This document shows, piece after piece, positions 19,272 through 29,307 of a stretch of 64,000 nt of DNA. Both the position numbers and the translations under genes were made by a program. Where the stretch lies: positions 12,945 to 76,944 of the forward strand of contig KB912743.1 of the NCBI GenBank assembly GCA_000383815.1. Direction: 5' to 3'. Source of the DNA: an actinobacterium SCGC AAA027-J17. Its GTDB lineage: Bacteria > Actinomycetota > Actinomycetes > Nanopelagicales > Nanopelagicaceae. Below the pieces are notes generated by a model. The model did not search any database. It was not told where the DNA came from and was given only the letters and a program-made list of their open reading frames with translations. Position 1 is the stretch's first letter; every line of letters starts with the position of its first letter.

Positions 19272-20318
19272 CTGAATCTGCCAGATTTTCCTTGGGATCT
19301 TTTGGCGCCCTTTGGCGAAAAAGCTCGAAAATATCCAGGTGGTTTTATTGATCTATCACAAGGAACACCGGTTGACCCAACTCCACAATTTATTCAAGAT
19401 GCATTTTCATCTGCCAGCAACTCACCTAGTTATCCAGTAGTTGCTGGAACTGCAGCACTTAAAGATGCCATAAGGAAATGGTCGGTTGAAAATTTAGGAG
19501 TTACTGGCGATTTTGATGTGCTGCCAACAATTGGCTCAAAAGAGTTTATTGCTTTACTGCCAACTTTTTTACAAAGTAAAAATGTTTTGTATCCAAAGGT
19601 TGCTTATCCAACATATTTAGTAAGTGCCATGATGGCCTCTGCCCAAGCTACGCCAGTTGATATTGACGCAATTAGTTGGCCAAAAGCTGATTTAGCTTGG
19701 TTAAACTCACCATCAAACCCAACAGGTCAGGTGCAAACAGATCAAGAGTTAAAGGCATGTATCACCTGGGCTCGTAAGAATCAGGCGATTTTAGCAAGTG
19801 ATGAGTGCTACTTAAGTTTTTCTGATGATGCTAAATCTATTTTGGCACTAGCAAATGGGGACAACACTGGCTTGCTGGCTGTGTTATCACTTTCAAAGCG
19901 ATCTAATCTGGCTGGGTATCGAGCCGGCTTTGTTGTAGGAGATAGCAAGTTAATTGATCAAATCAGGCAGGTAAGAAAACATGCCGGATTGATGGTGCCA
20001 CTGCCAGTTCAACAGGCGATGATCACCGCATTATCTGATGAAAAACATGTAAAAGAGCAAGCAGATCGCTATCGAAATCGTCGGCAGATGTTAAAGCAAG
20101 CACTCCTAAGTAAAGGTTTTAAAATTGAATATAGCCAAGCTGGTTTATACATCTGGTGTACTAAAGGTGAAGATGGCTATAAAACCGTGGATTACTTTGC
20201 TGAACTAGGTATTTTGGTAACACCTGGAGCTTTTTATGGCAGTGATAATTATGTTCGAATTGCACTGACTGCAACGGATGAAAATATCAAGCAAGTAGCA
20301 GATCGAATCTCCAGATGA
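19272..20318 (+). CDS. dapC: N-succinyldiaminopimelate aminotransferase (probable CTG start)
   Basis: LPDFPWD, DLSQGTPVDPTP, GSKE, NSPSNPTG, SDECY, SLSKRSNLAGYRAG; fdxA-dapC synteny; start uncertain (19272 CTG vs 19302 TTG). Confidence 0.9.
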   Translation: MNLPDFPWDLLAPFGEKARKYPGGFIDLSQGTPVDPTPQFIQDAFSSASNSPSYPVVAGTAALKDAIRKWSVENLGVTGDFDVLPTIGSKEFIALLPTFLQSKNVLYPKVAYPTYLVSAMMASAQATPVDIDAISWPKADLAWLNSPSNPTGQVQTDQELKACITWARKNQAILASDECYLSFSDDAKSILALANGDNTGLLAVLSLSKRSNLAGYRAGFVVGDSKLIDQIRQVRKHAGLMVPLPVQQAMITALSDEKHVKEQADRYRNRRQMLKQALLSKGFKIEYSQAGLYIWCTKGEDGYKTVDYFAELGILVTPGAFYGSDNYVRIALTATDENIKQVADRISR

Positions 20319-21286
20319 AAACTGGCGCAATTTTATTAGTTGGTGGCATGGGCACCAGATTGTTACCCCTCACCTTAAAAACTCCAAAGCCAATGTTGCA
20401 AGTAGCTGGCGTACCATTTACTGAGCACCAAATAAGAAAAGCAGCTAGCGCTGGAATTTCTGAGATTGTCTTAGCCACCTCCTATAAATCTGAGTTATTT
20501 GAACCTTACTTTGGTGATGGTGAAAAGTTTGGTATCAAAATTAAGTATGCGGTGGAGCATTCAGCATTAGGTACGGGTGGTGGCATTAGAAATGCAGCCA
20601 AACTACTTTCAAATTGTGATCAGATAGTAATTTTCAATGGTGATGTGTTAAGCGGTCATAATTTAAAGGGACAGATTGAGTTTCACCAGCAAAGTAAGGC
20701 GGATGTAACTTTGTACCTAACTCAGGTTTTAGATGCTAGGCCCTATGGCTGTGTTGAGTTACAAGGTGATAATCAAGTGAAATCATTTTTAGAGAAGATG
20801 GAAAATCCCATAAGCAATCAGATAAATGCTGGATGCTATATCTTTAATCAAGATGTAATTAATCAGATTCCAGCAGATCAGGTAGTAAGTGTGGAGCGCG
20901 ATACCTTCCCTAAACTCTTATCCTCGGGGGCAAAAGTTTTTGGATATCTAGATAACTCATACTGGCTTGATATCGGCACGCCAGCTGCCTTAGTTAAGGC
21001 ATCAGCTGATTTGGTAACTGGTGTTATCTCATCTGTGGCCACCCCATCACACACCGCAGATGCTTTGATTTTCCCAACTGCAAATATCGGAGCAGGTTGT
21101 GAAATCAATAATGGTTCGGTAATTGAAGGTGAGGTTGTCCTTGATAGCAATTGCCAAATTAGTGGATCAATTATTGGCAAGGGTGCAAAAATTGGTGCCA
21201 ATTGCAAAATAATCGACTCCATAATCGCTCCAGGGGCTCAAATTGAGGCTGGAATGGTGGTCTTAACCAATTATCTAGGCTTCTAA
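20315..21286 (+). CDS. manC: Mannose-1-phosphate guanylyltransferase (NDP-sugar synthase)
   Basis: LVGGMGTRLLPLT...PKPML, LGTGGG, NGD, FLEK, INAGCY, WLDIGTP; hexapeptide tail. Confidence 0.85.
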   Translation: MKTGAILLVGGMGTRLLPLTLKTPKPMLQVAGVPFTEHQIRKAASAGISEIVLATSYKSELFEPYFGDGEKFGIKIKYAVEHSALGTGGGIRNAAKLLSNCDQIVIFNGDVLSGHNLKGQIEFHQQSKADVTLYLTQVLDARPYGCVELQGDNQVKSFLEKMENPISNQINAGCYIFNQDVINQIPADQVVSVERDTFPKLLSSGAKVFGYLDNSYWLDIGTPAALVKASADLVTGVISSVATPSHTADALIFPTANIGAGCEINNGSVIEGEVVLDSNCQISGSIIGKGAKIGANCKIIDSIIAPGAQIEAGMVVLTNYLGF

Positions 21287-21312
21287 TTTTCCCCAATTTG
21301 CCTAATCCCGAC

Positions 21313-21341
21313 TTGACTTAATCGAGTTACAAGCGTGTAAT
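21313..21341 (+). promoter_or_regulatory. SigA-type promoter of whiB (TTGACT-N17-TGTAAT)
   Basis: Near-consensus -35/-10 with 17-nt spacer 71 nt upstream of whiB start. Confidence 0.7.
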
Positions 21342-21412
21342 TCTCCTATTAGTGGGCAAGCCCCAAGCCCTAAGGATTTTTTAAGGTAGTACCGATTACA
21401 CATAGGAGCGAT

Positions 21413-21679
21413 ATGTCAGAACAACGTGCAGATCTAACAGCCCTAGTAGTTAACTCAGAACAGCTTTCCTGGCAGGAGCGTGCCTTGTGCGCTCAAACCG
21501 ATCCAGAGGCCTTCTTTCCTGAGAAGGGTGGATCAACTAGAGAGGCCAAGCGAGTCTGCCTATCCTGTGAGGTTCGGGCTGAGTGTTTGGAGTACGCCCT
21601 AGCTCATGATGAGCGGTTTGGAATTTGGGGTGGATTATCTGAACGTGAGCGTCGTCGCTTAAAGCGCCGTAGCGCATAA
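21413..21679 (+). CDS. whiB2: WhiB family regulator (WhiB2/WhmD ortholog)
   Basis: WQERALCAQTDPEAFFPEKGGSTREAKRVC..C...CL...GIWGGLSERERR. Confidence 0.93.
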   Translation: MSEQRADLTALVVNSEQLSWQERALCAQTDPEAFFPEKGGSTREAKRVCLSCEVRAECLEYALAHDERFGIWGGLSERERRRLKRRSA

Positions 21680-21687
21680 AATTACGG

Positions 21688-24600
21688 GTGGCTGAAAAGC
21701 AAAGCACCAGGGCGCAAGCCCAACTTAAGGACCAGTTTGTAACAGCAATTGTTGTTACACATGATGGTGTCACCTGGCTTAGCGAGGTTGTGGCATCGCT
21801 ATCTTCGCAAAAACATAAAGTTGATCAAATTATTGCAGTTGATACTGGCTCAATAGATGGCTCAGTTAAATTATTAACTAATGCTGGAATTGAGGTAATT
21901 AAAAAATCTAGACGAACTGGTTTTGGCGCTGCGATTTCAGCTGCGGTTGCAAAACTTGCTCCGTTAGATGATGAGAACCTGCAAGAGTGGCTTTGGATTT
22001 TGCATGATGATTGCGCCCCAGATCGTTATGCGCTGGCTAAATTATTAGAAGCAGTTGTGGCCCGTCCGCAGGTTGGTATTGCTGGACCAAAAATTCTTGG
22101 TTGGTATGACCGCAAACATATTTTAGAGGTGGGATTAAGTATCACTGAAAATGGCACTCGCTGGACTGGTTTAGAAGATCGAGAACATGATCAAGGTCAG
22201 CATGATGAAACTAAAGATGTGCTGGCGGTAAGTACGGCAGGTATGTTGATCAAGCGATCATTATTTGAAGAGCTAGGCGGTTTTGATCCCAGCCTAGAGT
22301 TGTTTAGAGATGACATCGATCTTGGCTGGCGAGCACATATTGCCGGTCACTCAGTAATTTGTGTTGGCGAAGCAATCCTTTACCACGCAGAGGCTGCTGC
22401 TTCAGAGCGCAGATCAGTTGATGTGCGCGATGCAATTTTGCACCGTCCCTTGCTATTGGATCGAAGAAATGCAGCCTTTGTACTGCTAGCAAACTCAAGC
22501 TGGTGGATACTTCCTTGGGTTGCTATTCAACTTCTTTTCACCTCAATCGGTCGATCCATAATTTACTTGCTAGCAAAACTTCCAGGGTATGCAGCTGATG
22601 AGATTGCTGCGGTTGGCTTACTGATATTTAAACCCGCAGACTTAATTAAGTCCCGTCGCTATCGCAGATCTAGTCGTGTATTGACTGCCCGCGTAATCAC
22701 CCCATTCATCCCAAGTCGTGGCGTGCAAATAAGATCAATTATTGAGCGCATCTCATCCTCGCTTGTAAATGCTTTTAAACCAAACCGTGGTGAAGGTGAA
22801 ATCACCAGAGCAAACAACTACTCAGATATTGGAGTAATTGATGAAAGCTTTGATGAAATCCAATACCAATCAAGTAAGAGTTTTACCAAGATTCGATCTT
22901 TAGTTAAGCAACCTTTGTTGCTGGGGGTTTTGCTAACTTTATTTATCTCACTTCTATATTCAAGAAATCGCTTTGGCTCATTATCTGGTGGCGCACTAGC
23001 TGTAGCACCAGCTAGTGCTTTTGAAATGATCTCTTCATTTGTTTCTTCTTGGCATTTAGTTGGGCTGGGTAGCAGCGCTGCTGCCCCTGCTTGGATTCCA
23101 ATCATTGGAATTGGATCATTTATAACTGCAGCTAACCCACAAACCTTTATCGCTGCTCTATTTTTCTTAACCCCCACTTTGCTATTTATTTTGAGTTATC
23201 GGACAGCGCGAAAGTACTCACTAACAAAGTACTCCAGTGTCTTTGTAGCTTTCATGTACTCATTTTCACCTGCTGTGTTAACTGCAATAAATCAGGGGCG
23301 GCTGGGAACAGTTGTGGTTGCGATTTTATTGCCAGGCCTGTTCACCCTGCTTGAAAAGAATAAAGGTTTAGGTAATTTAACCTGGCGCAAGATCTTCTCG
23401 ATAGTCTTAATTGCAGCGGTAGCGGCTGCATTTTCACCACTGTTTTTATTGAGCTGGATTACTTTCCATTCCGCAGTCTTCTTATACAACTACTTTACCT
23501 CGCCAAATTGGCGAGCAATTAAATGGCAAGAGATCTTAAAAAATTTGGACACCGATGAGTACAAGAAACGTTTAGCGCTGATTTTCACACCAATTTTCAT
23601 CAATGTGCCAATTTCAATTAACCTGATTTTAAATCCATTCTCGGCATTAAAGGAGCCAGGATTAACTGTTGAATCTGCAGGCCAGCTATCAGTTTTACTC
23701 TTTAACCTTGGTGGGCTTGGGTCTCCACCGCTATTTTTACTAGCACCCTTTGTCCTGTATTTGATTGTGGCAGTGATCTCTAAGGAGCAGCGTAAGGTTG
23801 GAATCACTTCGCTATTGGTAATTTCTATAGCTGCAACATTGAGTTCATATTTCATTGAAGGAAATAGCAGTAGTGCGCAGCGTATCTGGAGTGGGCCATT
23901 AGTAATTTTCGCTCAGTTATTGGTACTACTTTCATTTTTTGCAATTGCTGAAAGATTAATTCCGCAACTAAAACGAAGTAACTTTGGTTTTAAACACATT
24001 GGCTTGGCAGCAACAGCGGTTATAACTGTTGCTTCAATGCTTTCGATATCAATTTGGACAGCAACAACAGGTGCGGATTCCTTACTCCGATCAAATCAAG
24101 AGCAGGTCATACCAGCATTTATTAGTGATTTAGCATCAACAACTGAACGTCCAAAAACTTTGGTAATTCGAAAGAGCCCTGAGCAGTTGCAGTACTTTGT
24201 TACTAGAGGCGGTGATCTACAGATTGGCAATGCAGATGTTGCTAGCCAAACACCACCACAGTTTAATGAAACTATTGTGGATTTAGTAAATGGTGTTGGT
24301 GGTAGCAGCAGTCAAATTCTTGGGTATTACGGAATTCAGTATGTATTTATGAAGAATCCAGCAGATGCAGGTTTAGTTCGTATTATTGATGGAATTGGCG
24401 GATTTACTAGAAGCTCTGCAACAAAAGACGGAGTGGTGTGGAAGGTTGATAAAGCTCATGCTCGAGTAACTTACCAAAACACCGTGGGCACATTCTTTCC
24501 AGTTAGCTCAACCGACAAAGCGGCCACCGCCTTTGTTTCTGGGGAGGGCGTAATTTTGTTAGCTGAAAAATTTGATAAGTCTTGGCAATTATTACTCAAT

Positions 24601-24804
24601 GGAAAAATTGTTGCATTAGAGCAACATCCATTTGGAATTCCCATGTTTAAGATTGCTGAGCCAGGTGAGATATCTTTAACTCACAATGGCACAAACCGCA
24701 GGGCATGGATTTCAATCCAGTTAATCGCCTTAATTACTGCAGTTGTTTTGGCTCTACCGGCTGGACGCAAGCGTCGTGAAGTGCCGCTTGAGGAGCTAGT
24801 ATGA
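21688..24804 (+). CDS. GT2 glycosyltransferase fused to large polytopic membrane domain
   Basis: VTAIVVTHDG, AVDTGS, LWILHDD, GGFDP, DDIDLGWR then many TMs; conserved position after whiB. Confidence 0.85.
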   Translation: MAEKQSTRAQAQLKDQFVTAIVVTHDGVTWLSEVVASLSSQKHKVDQIIAVDTGSIDGSVKLLTNAGIEVIKKSRRTGFGAAISAAVAKLAPLDDENLQEWLWILHDDCAPDRYALAKLLEAVVARPQVGIAGPKILGWYDRKHILEVGLSITENGTRWTGLEDREHDQGQHDETKDVLAVSTAGMLIKRSLFEELGGFDPSLELFRDDIDLGWRAHIAGHSVICVGEAILYHAEAAASERRSVDVRDAILHRPLLLDRRNAAFVLLANSSWWILPWVAIQLLFTSIGRSIIYLLAKLPGYAADEIAAVGLLIFKPADLIKSRRYRRSSRVLTARVITPFIPSRGVQIRSIIERISSSLVNAFKPNRGEGEITRANNYSDIGVIDESFDEIQYQSSKSFTKIRSLVKQPLLLGVLLTLFISLLYSRNRFGSLSGGALAVAPASAFEMISSFVSSWHLVGLGSSAAAPAWIPIIGIGSFITAANPQTFIAALFFLTPTLLFILSYRTARKYSLTKYSSVFVAFMYSFSPAVLTAINQGRLGTVVVAILLPGLFTLLEKNKGLGNLTWRKIFSIVLIAAVAAAFSPLFLLSWITFHSAVFLYNYFTSPNWRAIKWQEILKNLDTDEYKKRLALIFTPIFINVPISINLILNPFSALKEPGLTVESAGQLSVLLFNLGGLGSPPLFLLAPFVLYLIVAVISKEQRKVGITSLLVISIAATLSSYFIEGNSSSAQRIWSGPLVIFAQLLVLLSFFAIAERLIPQLKRSNFGFKHIGLAATAVITVASMLSISIWTATTGADSLLRSNQEQVIPAFISDLASTTERPKTLVIRKSPEQLQYFVTRGGDLQIGNADVASQTPPQFNETIVDLVNGVGGSSSQILGYYGIQYVFMKNPADAGLVRIIDGIGGFTRSSATKDGVVWKVDKAHARVTYQNTVGTFFPVSSTDKAATAFVSGEGVILLAEKFDKSWQLLLNGKIVALEQHPFGIPMFKIAEPGEISLTHNGTNRRAWISIQLIALITAVVLALPAGRKRREVPLEELV

Positions 24805-26162
24805 GAAAAATTCAAAAAAATTTAAGTAAAATAGATTTGGCTAAATTAGATCTTAAAAAAGTAGCTATTCCAGTAGCGTTAATGGTGTTAGCCGGCCTTT
24901 CTTATTATGCGCCAGAGCGAAGCCAACAAATCAAATTAACCTCCTCATACCCAGCAACAGTTTGTCCAGCAATTGGCAACAAGGTTTCCTCAATTGCAGC
25001 CTTGACTAGCTCAAAAATAAATAGAAGATCAATTGATGGCAGTAGCAAAAGGTTAAATCCTGGTAAAAGCAGTGTTATACCAATGAAGAATGATGCAATC
25101 TTGGTTGAGGGAAATCCAGGAACATCGCTAACTTTTGCAAACAATGGCTGGAAGGCTGTGGTGCCATGTTCAGTTAGCAACGGAGAGCAATGGTTTATTG
25201 GCGGCTCAGGTGCACTAACTAGCAAATCGTTCTTATACATATCAAATAGTGGTTTTAGTCAATCTGCAGTTGATATTGAAATTTTCACGCCAAATGGTTT
25301 GCTAGAGCCAAGCGAGGTTTCAATCCCTCAGAATTCAACTAGAAAAATAGCAATTGATTCATTAGTTCCTGGCGAAGAAGCAATCGCCATTGCGGTGAAA
25401 ACTAAATCTGGTCGAGTTAGCTCCTACCTTTTTGATGAACGGAAAAAAGGTCTTAAGTCACTGGGTGCAGATTTTGTTGCACCAGTAGCAACCGCTCGTA
25501 AGGTTGTGACCATACCGGCAATTACTGGTTTACTAGATAAGTTGGTGACAAATACTAATTCAGTTACTCACACACTTAGATTGTTAGTTCCAGCATCGAT
25601 TGATGCAAATATTGATGTGACTGTAAATTCAAATGATGGCAATTTTATTCCGATTGGTCTTTCACAACTGGAGGTAAAGAGCCAGCGATTAATAAGTATT
25701 CCACTTACCTTTGCCCCAACTGGCCAGCCGTTCTCAGTAATAGTTGAGTCAGATCAGCCAATTTTTGCTTCGGTATTTTCTAATTTTACTTACGGCAAAA
25801 GCAGTGAGATTGCATGGGCGACTGGTGCAGATGAATTAAGTAAGTGGAGTGTGAATTTGACTGGCTCAAGGCCAATTTTAAATTTTGTTGGGGATCGAAT
25901 CGATGTGCAAATCAGCGCCACTGGCACTAATGGCAAAAAGATTACTAAGAAAGTAACTGGAACAAATTTTCAGACCTGGCGCGCACCAACTGGATTAAAT
26001 CGACTTGAAGTCACTGCAAATAGAGGCGGAATAAGTGGTGGAGTTATCTTTTTGCCGGAGGTCGGCAAAATTGGTACTAGCTACCTGCCAATGAATAATG
26101 GCGCTAATTTAGAAACTGCTTCTGAGCCAATATCTGATGCCCGAGTGATTAGTAGAGGCTAA
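24801..26162 (+). CDS. DUF5719-like exported protein
   Basis: N-terminal TM, beta-rich, QWFIGG motif; synteny after GT2. Confidence 0.7.
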   Translation: MRKIQKNLSKIDLAKLDLKKVAIPVALMVLAGLSYYAPERSQQIKLTSSYPATVCPAIGNKVSSIAALTSSKINRRSIDGSSKRLNPGKSSVIPMKNDAILVEGNPGTSLTFANNGWKAVVPCSVSNGEQWFIGGSGALTSKSFLYISNSGFSQSAVDIEIFTPNGLLEPSEVSIPQNSTRKIAIDSLVPGEEAIAIAVKTKSGRVSSYLFDERKKGLKSLGADFVAPVATARKVVTIPAITGLLDKLVTNTNSVTHTLRLLVPASIDANIDVTVNSNDGNFIPIGLSQLEVKSQRLISIPLTFAPTGQPFSVIVESDQPIFASVFSNFTYGKSSEIAWATGADELSKWSVNLTGSRPILNFVGDRIDVQISATGTNGKKITKKVTGTNFQTWRAPTGLNRLEVTANRGGISGGVIFLPEVGKIGTSYLPMNNGANLETASEPISDARVISRG

Positions 26163-26201
26163 ATCCCAACTTTTCCACCTAAGTCGTATTAATCTGCTGA
26201 C

Positions 26202-26552
26202 ATGCGAAAATCTGGAAGTCGCCGATGCTCTCGAGCAAGTTGTACTAGTGCTGCGATTAAAACCCTTACTTACATTTATTCAGATTCAACTGCAGTTCTT
26301 GGTCCTCTTTCAACTTATGCAGAGCCACATAACTACGATCTATGCGCTGCACATAGTGAACGCTTAACTGTTCCAGTTGGTTGGAATGTAATAAAGGAAG
26401 AGATCGTTGACCACAACATCGGCCCATCAGATGAAGATCTAATGGCTATTGCTAATGCAGTGCGTGAGGTGGCAAGTGCAGATTCAGCAAATAAGAGCCT
26501 GCAACCAGAGCTTGGCCGTAGAGGTCACCTTCGGGTACTACCTTCAAATTAA
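26202..26552 (+). CDS. DUF3499 family Zn-finger-like protein
   Basis: RRCSRASC...TLTYIYSDSTAVLGPL..AEPH.YDLC..H...TVPVGW, RRGHLRVL. Confidence 0.9.
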   Translation: MRKSGSRRCSRASCTSAAIKTLTYIYSDSTAVLGPLSTYAEPHNYDLCAAHSERLTVPVGWNVIKEEIVDHNIGPSDEDLMAIANAVREVASADSANKSLQPELGRRGHLRVLPSN

Positions 26553-26591
26553 TTTTTAAATACTGTAACCAACCCCTAAGTTAAGGGCATT

Positions 26592-27938
26592 ATGTTAGAG
26601 AAAATTATCAAGGCCTACGACATCAGAGGCTTGGTAAAAGATGAGGTAACACCTGACTTCTCCTTTTCCTTAGGGGTTGCTTTCGCTAAGTTTCTCGAGA
26701 TAGAACGTGAGCCAGCCACCATCGTGGTCGGTGAAGATATGCGACCATCATCTGCACCACTAGCTGATGCGTTTTCAGATGGTGCCACCAGTCAAGGGAT
26801 GGATGTAATTAGAATCGGTTTAGCTTCAACCGACATGCTTTATTTTGCCTCTGGCAAATTGAATTTGCCTGGCGTGATGTTTACAGCAAGTCATAATCCA
26901 GCTAAATACAACGGCATGAAACTTTGCAAAAGTGGTGCCAGACCAATTGGTCAAGAATCTGGATTGGTAAAAATACGTCAGCTAATTGAAGAGGGCGTAC
27001 CTATGTCTAATCGCCCAGTGGGAAATGTTAGAAAACAAGAGTTACTCAGTGACTATGTTGATTACTTATTGACGAGATTTCCAAAAAATACCTTCAAGAA
27101 ACGAAAGTTAAAGGTAGTAATCGATGCTGGAAACGGAATGGCTGGCTTTACTGCGCCAGCTGTGATGGAGCAATTAAATGTTGAATTAATTCCTATGTAC
27201 TTTGAATTAGATGGAAATTTTCCAAACCATGAAGCAAATCCAATCGAACCTGAAAATTTAAAGGCATTACAGAAAAAAGTAAAGAAAGAGAAAGCAGATA
27301 TCGGATTAGCTTTTGATGGCGATGCAGATCGCTGCTTTCTAATCGATGAAAATGGTGATCTAGTAAATCCTTCAGCACTAACAGGCTTAATTGCAGTAAG
27401 GGAGTTAAAAGCTAACCCTGGGGCAACGATTATTTACAACTTAATATCCTCTAAAGCAGTAGCAGAGGTGATTTCTGAAAACGGTGGCATTGCCTTACGC
27501 AGTCGAGTTGGACATTCTTATATAAAAACATTGATGGCTGAGTCTGGTGCAGTATTTGGCGGGGAGCACTCTGGCCACTTTTATTTTGGAGATTTCTGGC
27601 GAGCAGACTCTGGTATGTTGGCAGCTCTTTATGCTTTAGCTGAGTTAATGGCGACCCCTAAATCACTTTCAAATTTGCTGGAACCTTATAATCGATACTT
27701 TTCAAGCGGTGAGATTAATAGCAAGGTTAAAGATGCTAGTAAGTCGATTAAATTAGTAAAAGACAAGTATCAAGATAAGTATGAAGTCGATGAGTTAGAT
27801 GGTTTAACAGTTACCGCCGAAAATTGGTGGTTTAATCTGCGGCCATCAAATACCGAGCCACTACTTAGGCTAAATGTTGAGGCCGATACGCAAAAGCAGA
27901 TGGCAGAGATTAGGGACACAGTTCTCAACCTTATTTAA
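26592..27938 (+). CDS. manB: Phosphomannomutase/phosphoglucomutase
   Basis: KAYDIRG, TASHNP, DGDADR, GGEHSGH, RPSNTEP. Confidence 0.93.
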   Translation: MLEKIIKAYDIRGLVKDEVTPDFSFSLGVAFAKFLEIEREPATIVVGEDMRPSSAPLADAFSDGATSQGMDVIRIGLASTDMLYFASGKLNLPGVMFTASHNPAKYNGMKLCKSGARPIGQESGLVKIRQLIEEGVPMSNRPVGNVRKQELLSDYVDYLLTRFPKNTFKKRKLKVVIDAGNGMAGFTAPAVMEQLNVELIPMYFELDGNFPNHEANPIEPENLKALQKKVKKEKADIGLAFDGDADRCFLIDENGDLVNPSALTGLIAVRELKANPGATIIYNLISSKAVAEVISENGGIALRSRVGHSYIKTLMAESGAVFGGEHSGHFYFGDFWRADSGMLAALYALAELMATPKSLSNLLEPYNRYFSSGEINSKVKDASKSIKLVKDKYQDKYEVDELDGLTVTAENWWFNLRPSNTEPLLRLNVEADTQKQMAEIRDTVLNLI

Positions 27939-28029
27939 AGGTGATAAATCATTTAAGACAGGGTATCTTTGCCCTCTAACCGTCCGATACAGAGTATTGA
28001 TTAAGTAGCCAAATTAACTAGGAGATCAA

Positions 28030-29307
28030 ATGAGCACTACTACCGCCATTAAAAATGACATTGCTGACGCAAAGCTAGCCGCCGAGGGCAAGAAGCGAAT
28101 CGAATGGGCAGCTCGCAATATGCCGGTGCTGGCTCAGATTAAAGAGAGATTTGCTAAAGAGAAGCCTTTTGCTGGTGTTCGGATTGCTGCTTGTATGCAT
28201 GTCACTACTGAAACTGCGAATTTGATGTTGGCATTAAAAGCCGGCGGTGCCGACTTGGCATTATGTGCTTCAAATCCACTTTCAACTCAGGATGATACAG
28301 CCGCAGCTTTAGTACATGAATATGGAATCTCAGTCTTTGCAAGAAATGCAGTTGATCGTGATGGTTACTACGGACATTTAAATTCTGCACTAGATATAAA
28401 GCCACAATTAGTATTTGATGATGGTTGCGATTTAGTTAATGTTTTACATACCACTCGCACAGAGTTAATTGATGGCGTGCTTGCTGGTTGTGAAGAGACA
28501 ACAACTGGAGTTATCCGTCTTAGCCAAATGGCTAAAGATGGTGCACTTAAGTTTCCAATGATTGCGGTAAATGACACTGACACCAAGCATATGTTTGATA
28601 ACCGTTATGGAACCGGCCAATCCACATTTGATGCGATATTCCGTGCCACAAATACTTTAGTAGCAGGAAAGATTGTGGTTGTCGCTGGATTTGGATACTG
28701 CGGTAAAGGTGTTGCTGAGCGCGCAAAAGGATTAGGCGCTGAAGTAATTGTTACTGAGATTGACCCAACTAAAGCCTTAGATGCGCTGATGCAAGGATTC
28801 AGAGTTATGCCAATGACGCAAGCTGCGGCAATTGGAGATCTATTCATTACAGTCACTGGTAATCGTGATGTTTTGCGCGATGAACACTTCAAGCAGATGA
28901 AGGATGGCGCAATATTGGCTAACTCAGGCCATTTTGATATTGAAATTGATGTGGCATGGTTAGAAAAAAATGCAAAACAAAAGAATGCAAAGATGCGTCA
29001 CCAAACAGATGAGTATGTGATGGCAGATGGGCGTCGAATCTTGTTAATTGCAGAGGGCAGACTTGCAAATCTTGGCGCTGCCGAAGGTCATCCAGCCTCG
29101 GTAATGGACATGTCTTTCTCAGATCAAGCCTTAACAGCAGAGTGGTTGCTGAAGGCAGGAAAAGATTTATCAGCTGGTCTACACAATGTTCCAGTTTCAA
29201 TTGATAAGGATGTTGCTCGTTTGAAACTTGAGAGCATGGGTTCTGCGTTAGATGTATTAACTCCAGTGCAAGAGCTTTATTTGAACTCCTGGGAACACGG
29301 TTCCTAA
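28030..29307 (+). CDS. ahcY: Adenosylhomocysteinase (short type)
   Basis: CMHVTTET, SNPLSTQD, DDGCDL, EETTTG, KHMFDNRYGTGQS, GFGYCGKG, GHFDIEID, GRLANL..AEGHP. Confidence 0.95.
   Translation: MSTTTAIKNDIADAKLAAEGKKRIEWAARNMPVLAQIKERFAKEKPFAGVRIAACMHVTTETANLMLALKAGGADLALCASNPLSTQDDTAAALVHEYGISVFARNAVDRDGYYGHLNSALDIKPQLVFDDGCDLVNVLHTTRTELIDGVLAGCEETTTGVIRLSQMAKDGALKFPMIAVNDTDTKHMFDNRYGTGQSTFDAIFRATNTLVAGKIVVVAGFGYCGKGVAERAKGLGAEVIVTEIDPTKALDALMQGFRVMPMTQAAAIGDLFITVTGNRDVLRDEHFKQMKDGAILANSGHFDIEIDVAWLEKNAKQKNAKMRHQTDEYVMADGRRILLIAEGRLANLGAAEGHPASVMDMSFSDQALTAEWLLKAGKDLSAGLHNVPVSIDKDVARLKLESMGSALDVLTPVQELYLNSWEHGS

Noticed and set aside
27940-28029. SAH riboswitch upstream of ahcY
   Set aside because: Only a weak GTATC/GATAC stem; the GAGGAGCG...AGGCTC core of SAH riboswitches is not present
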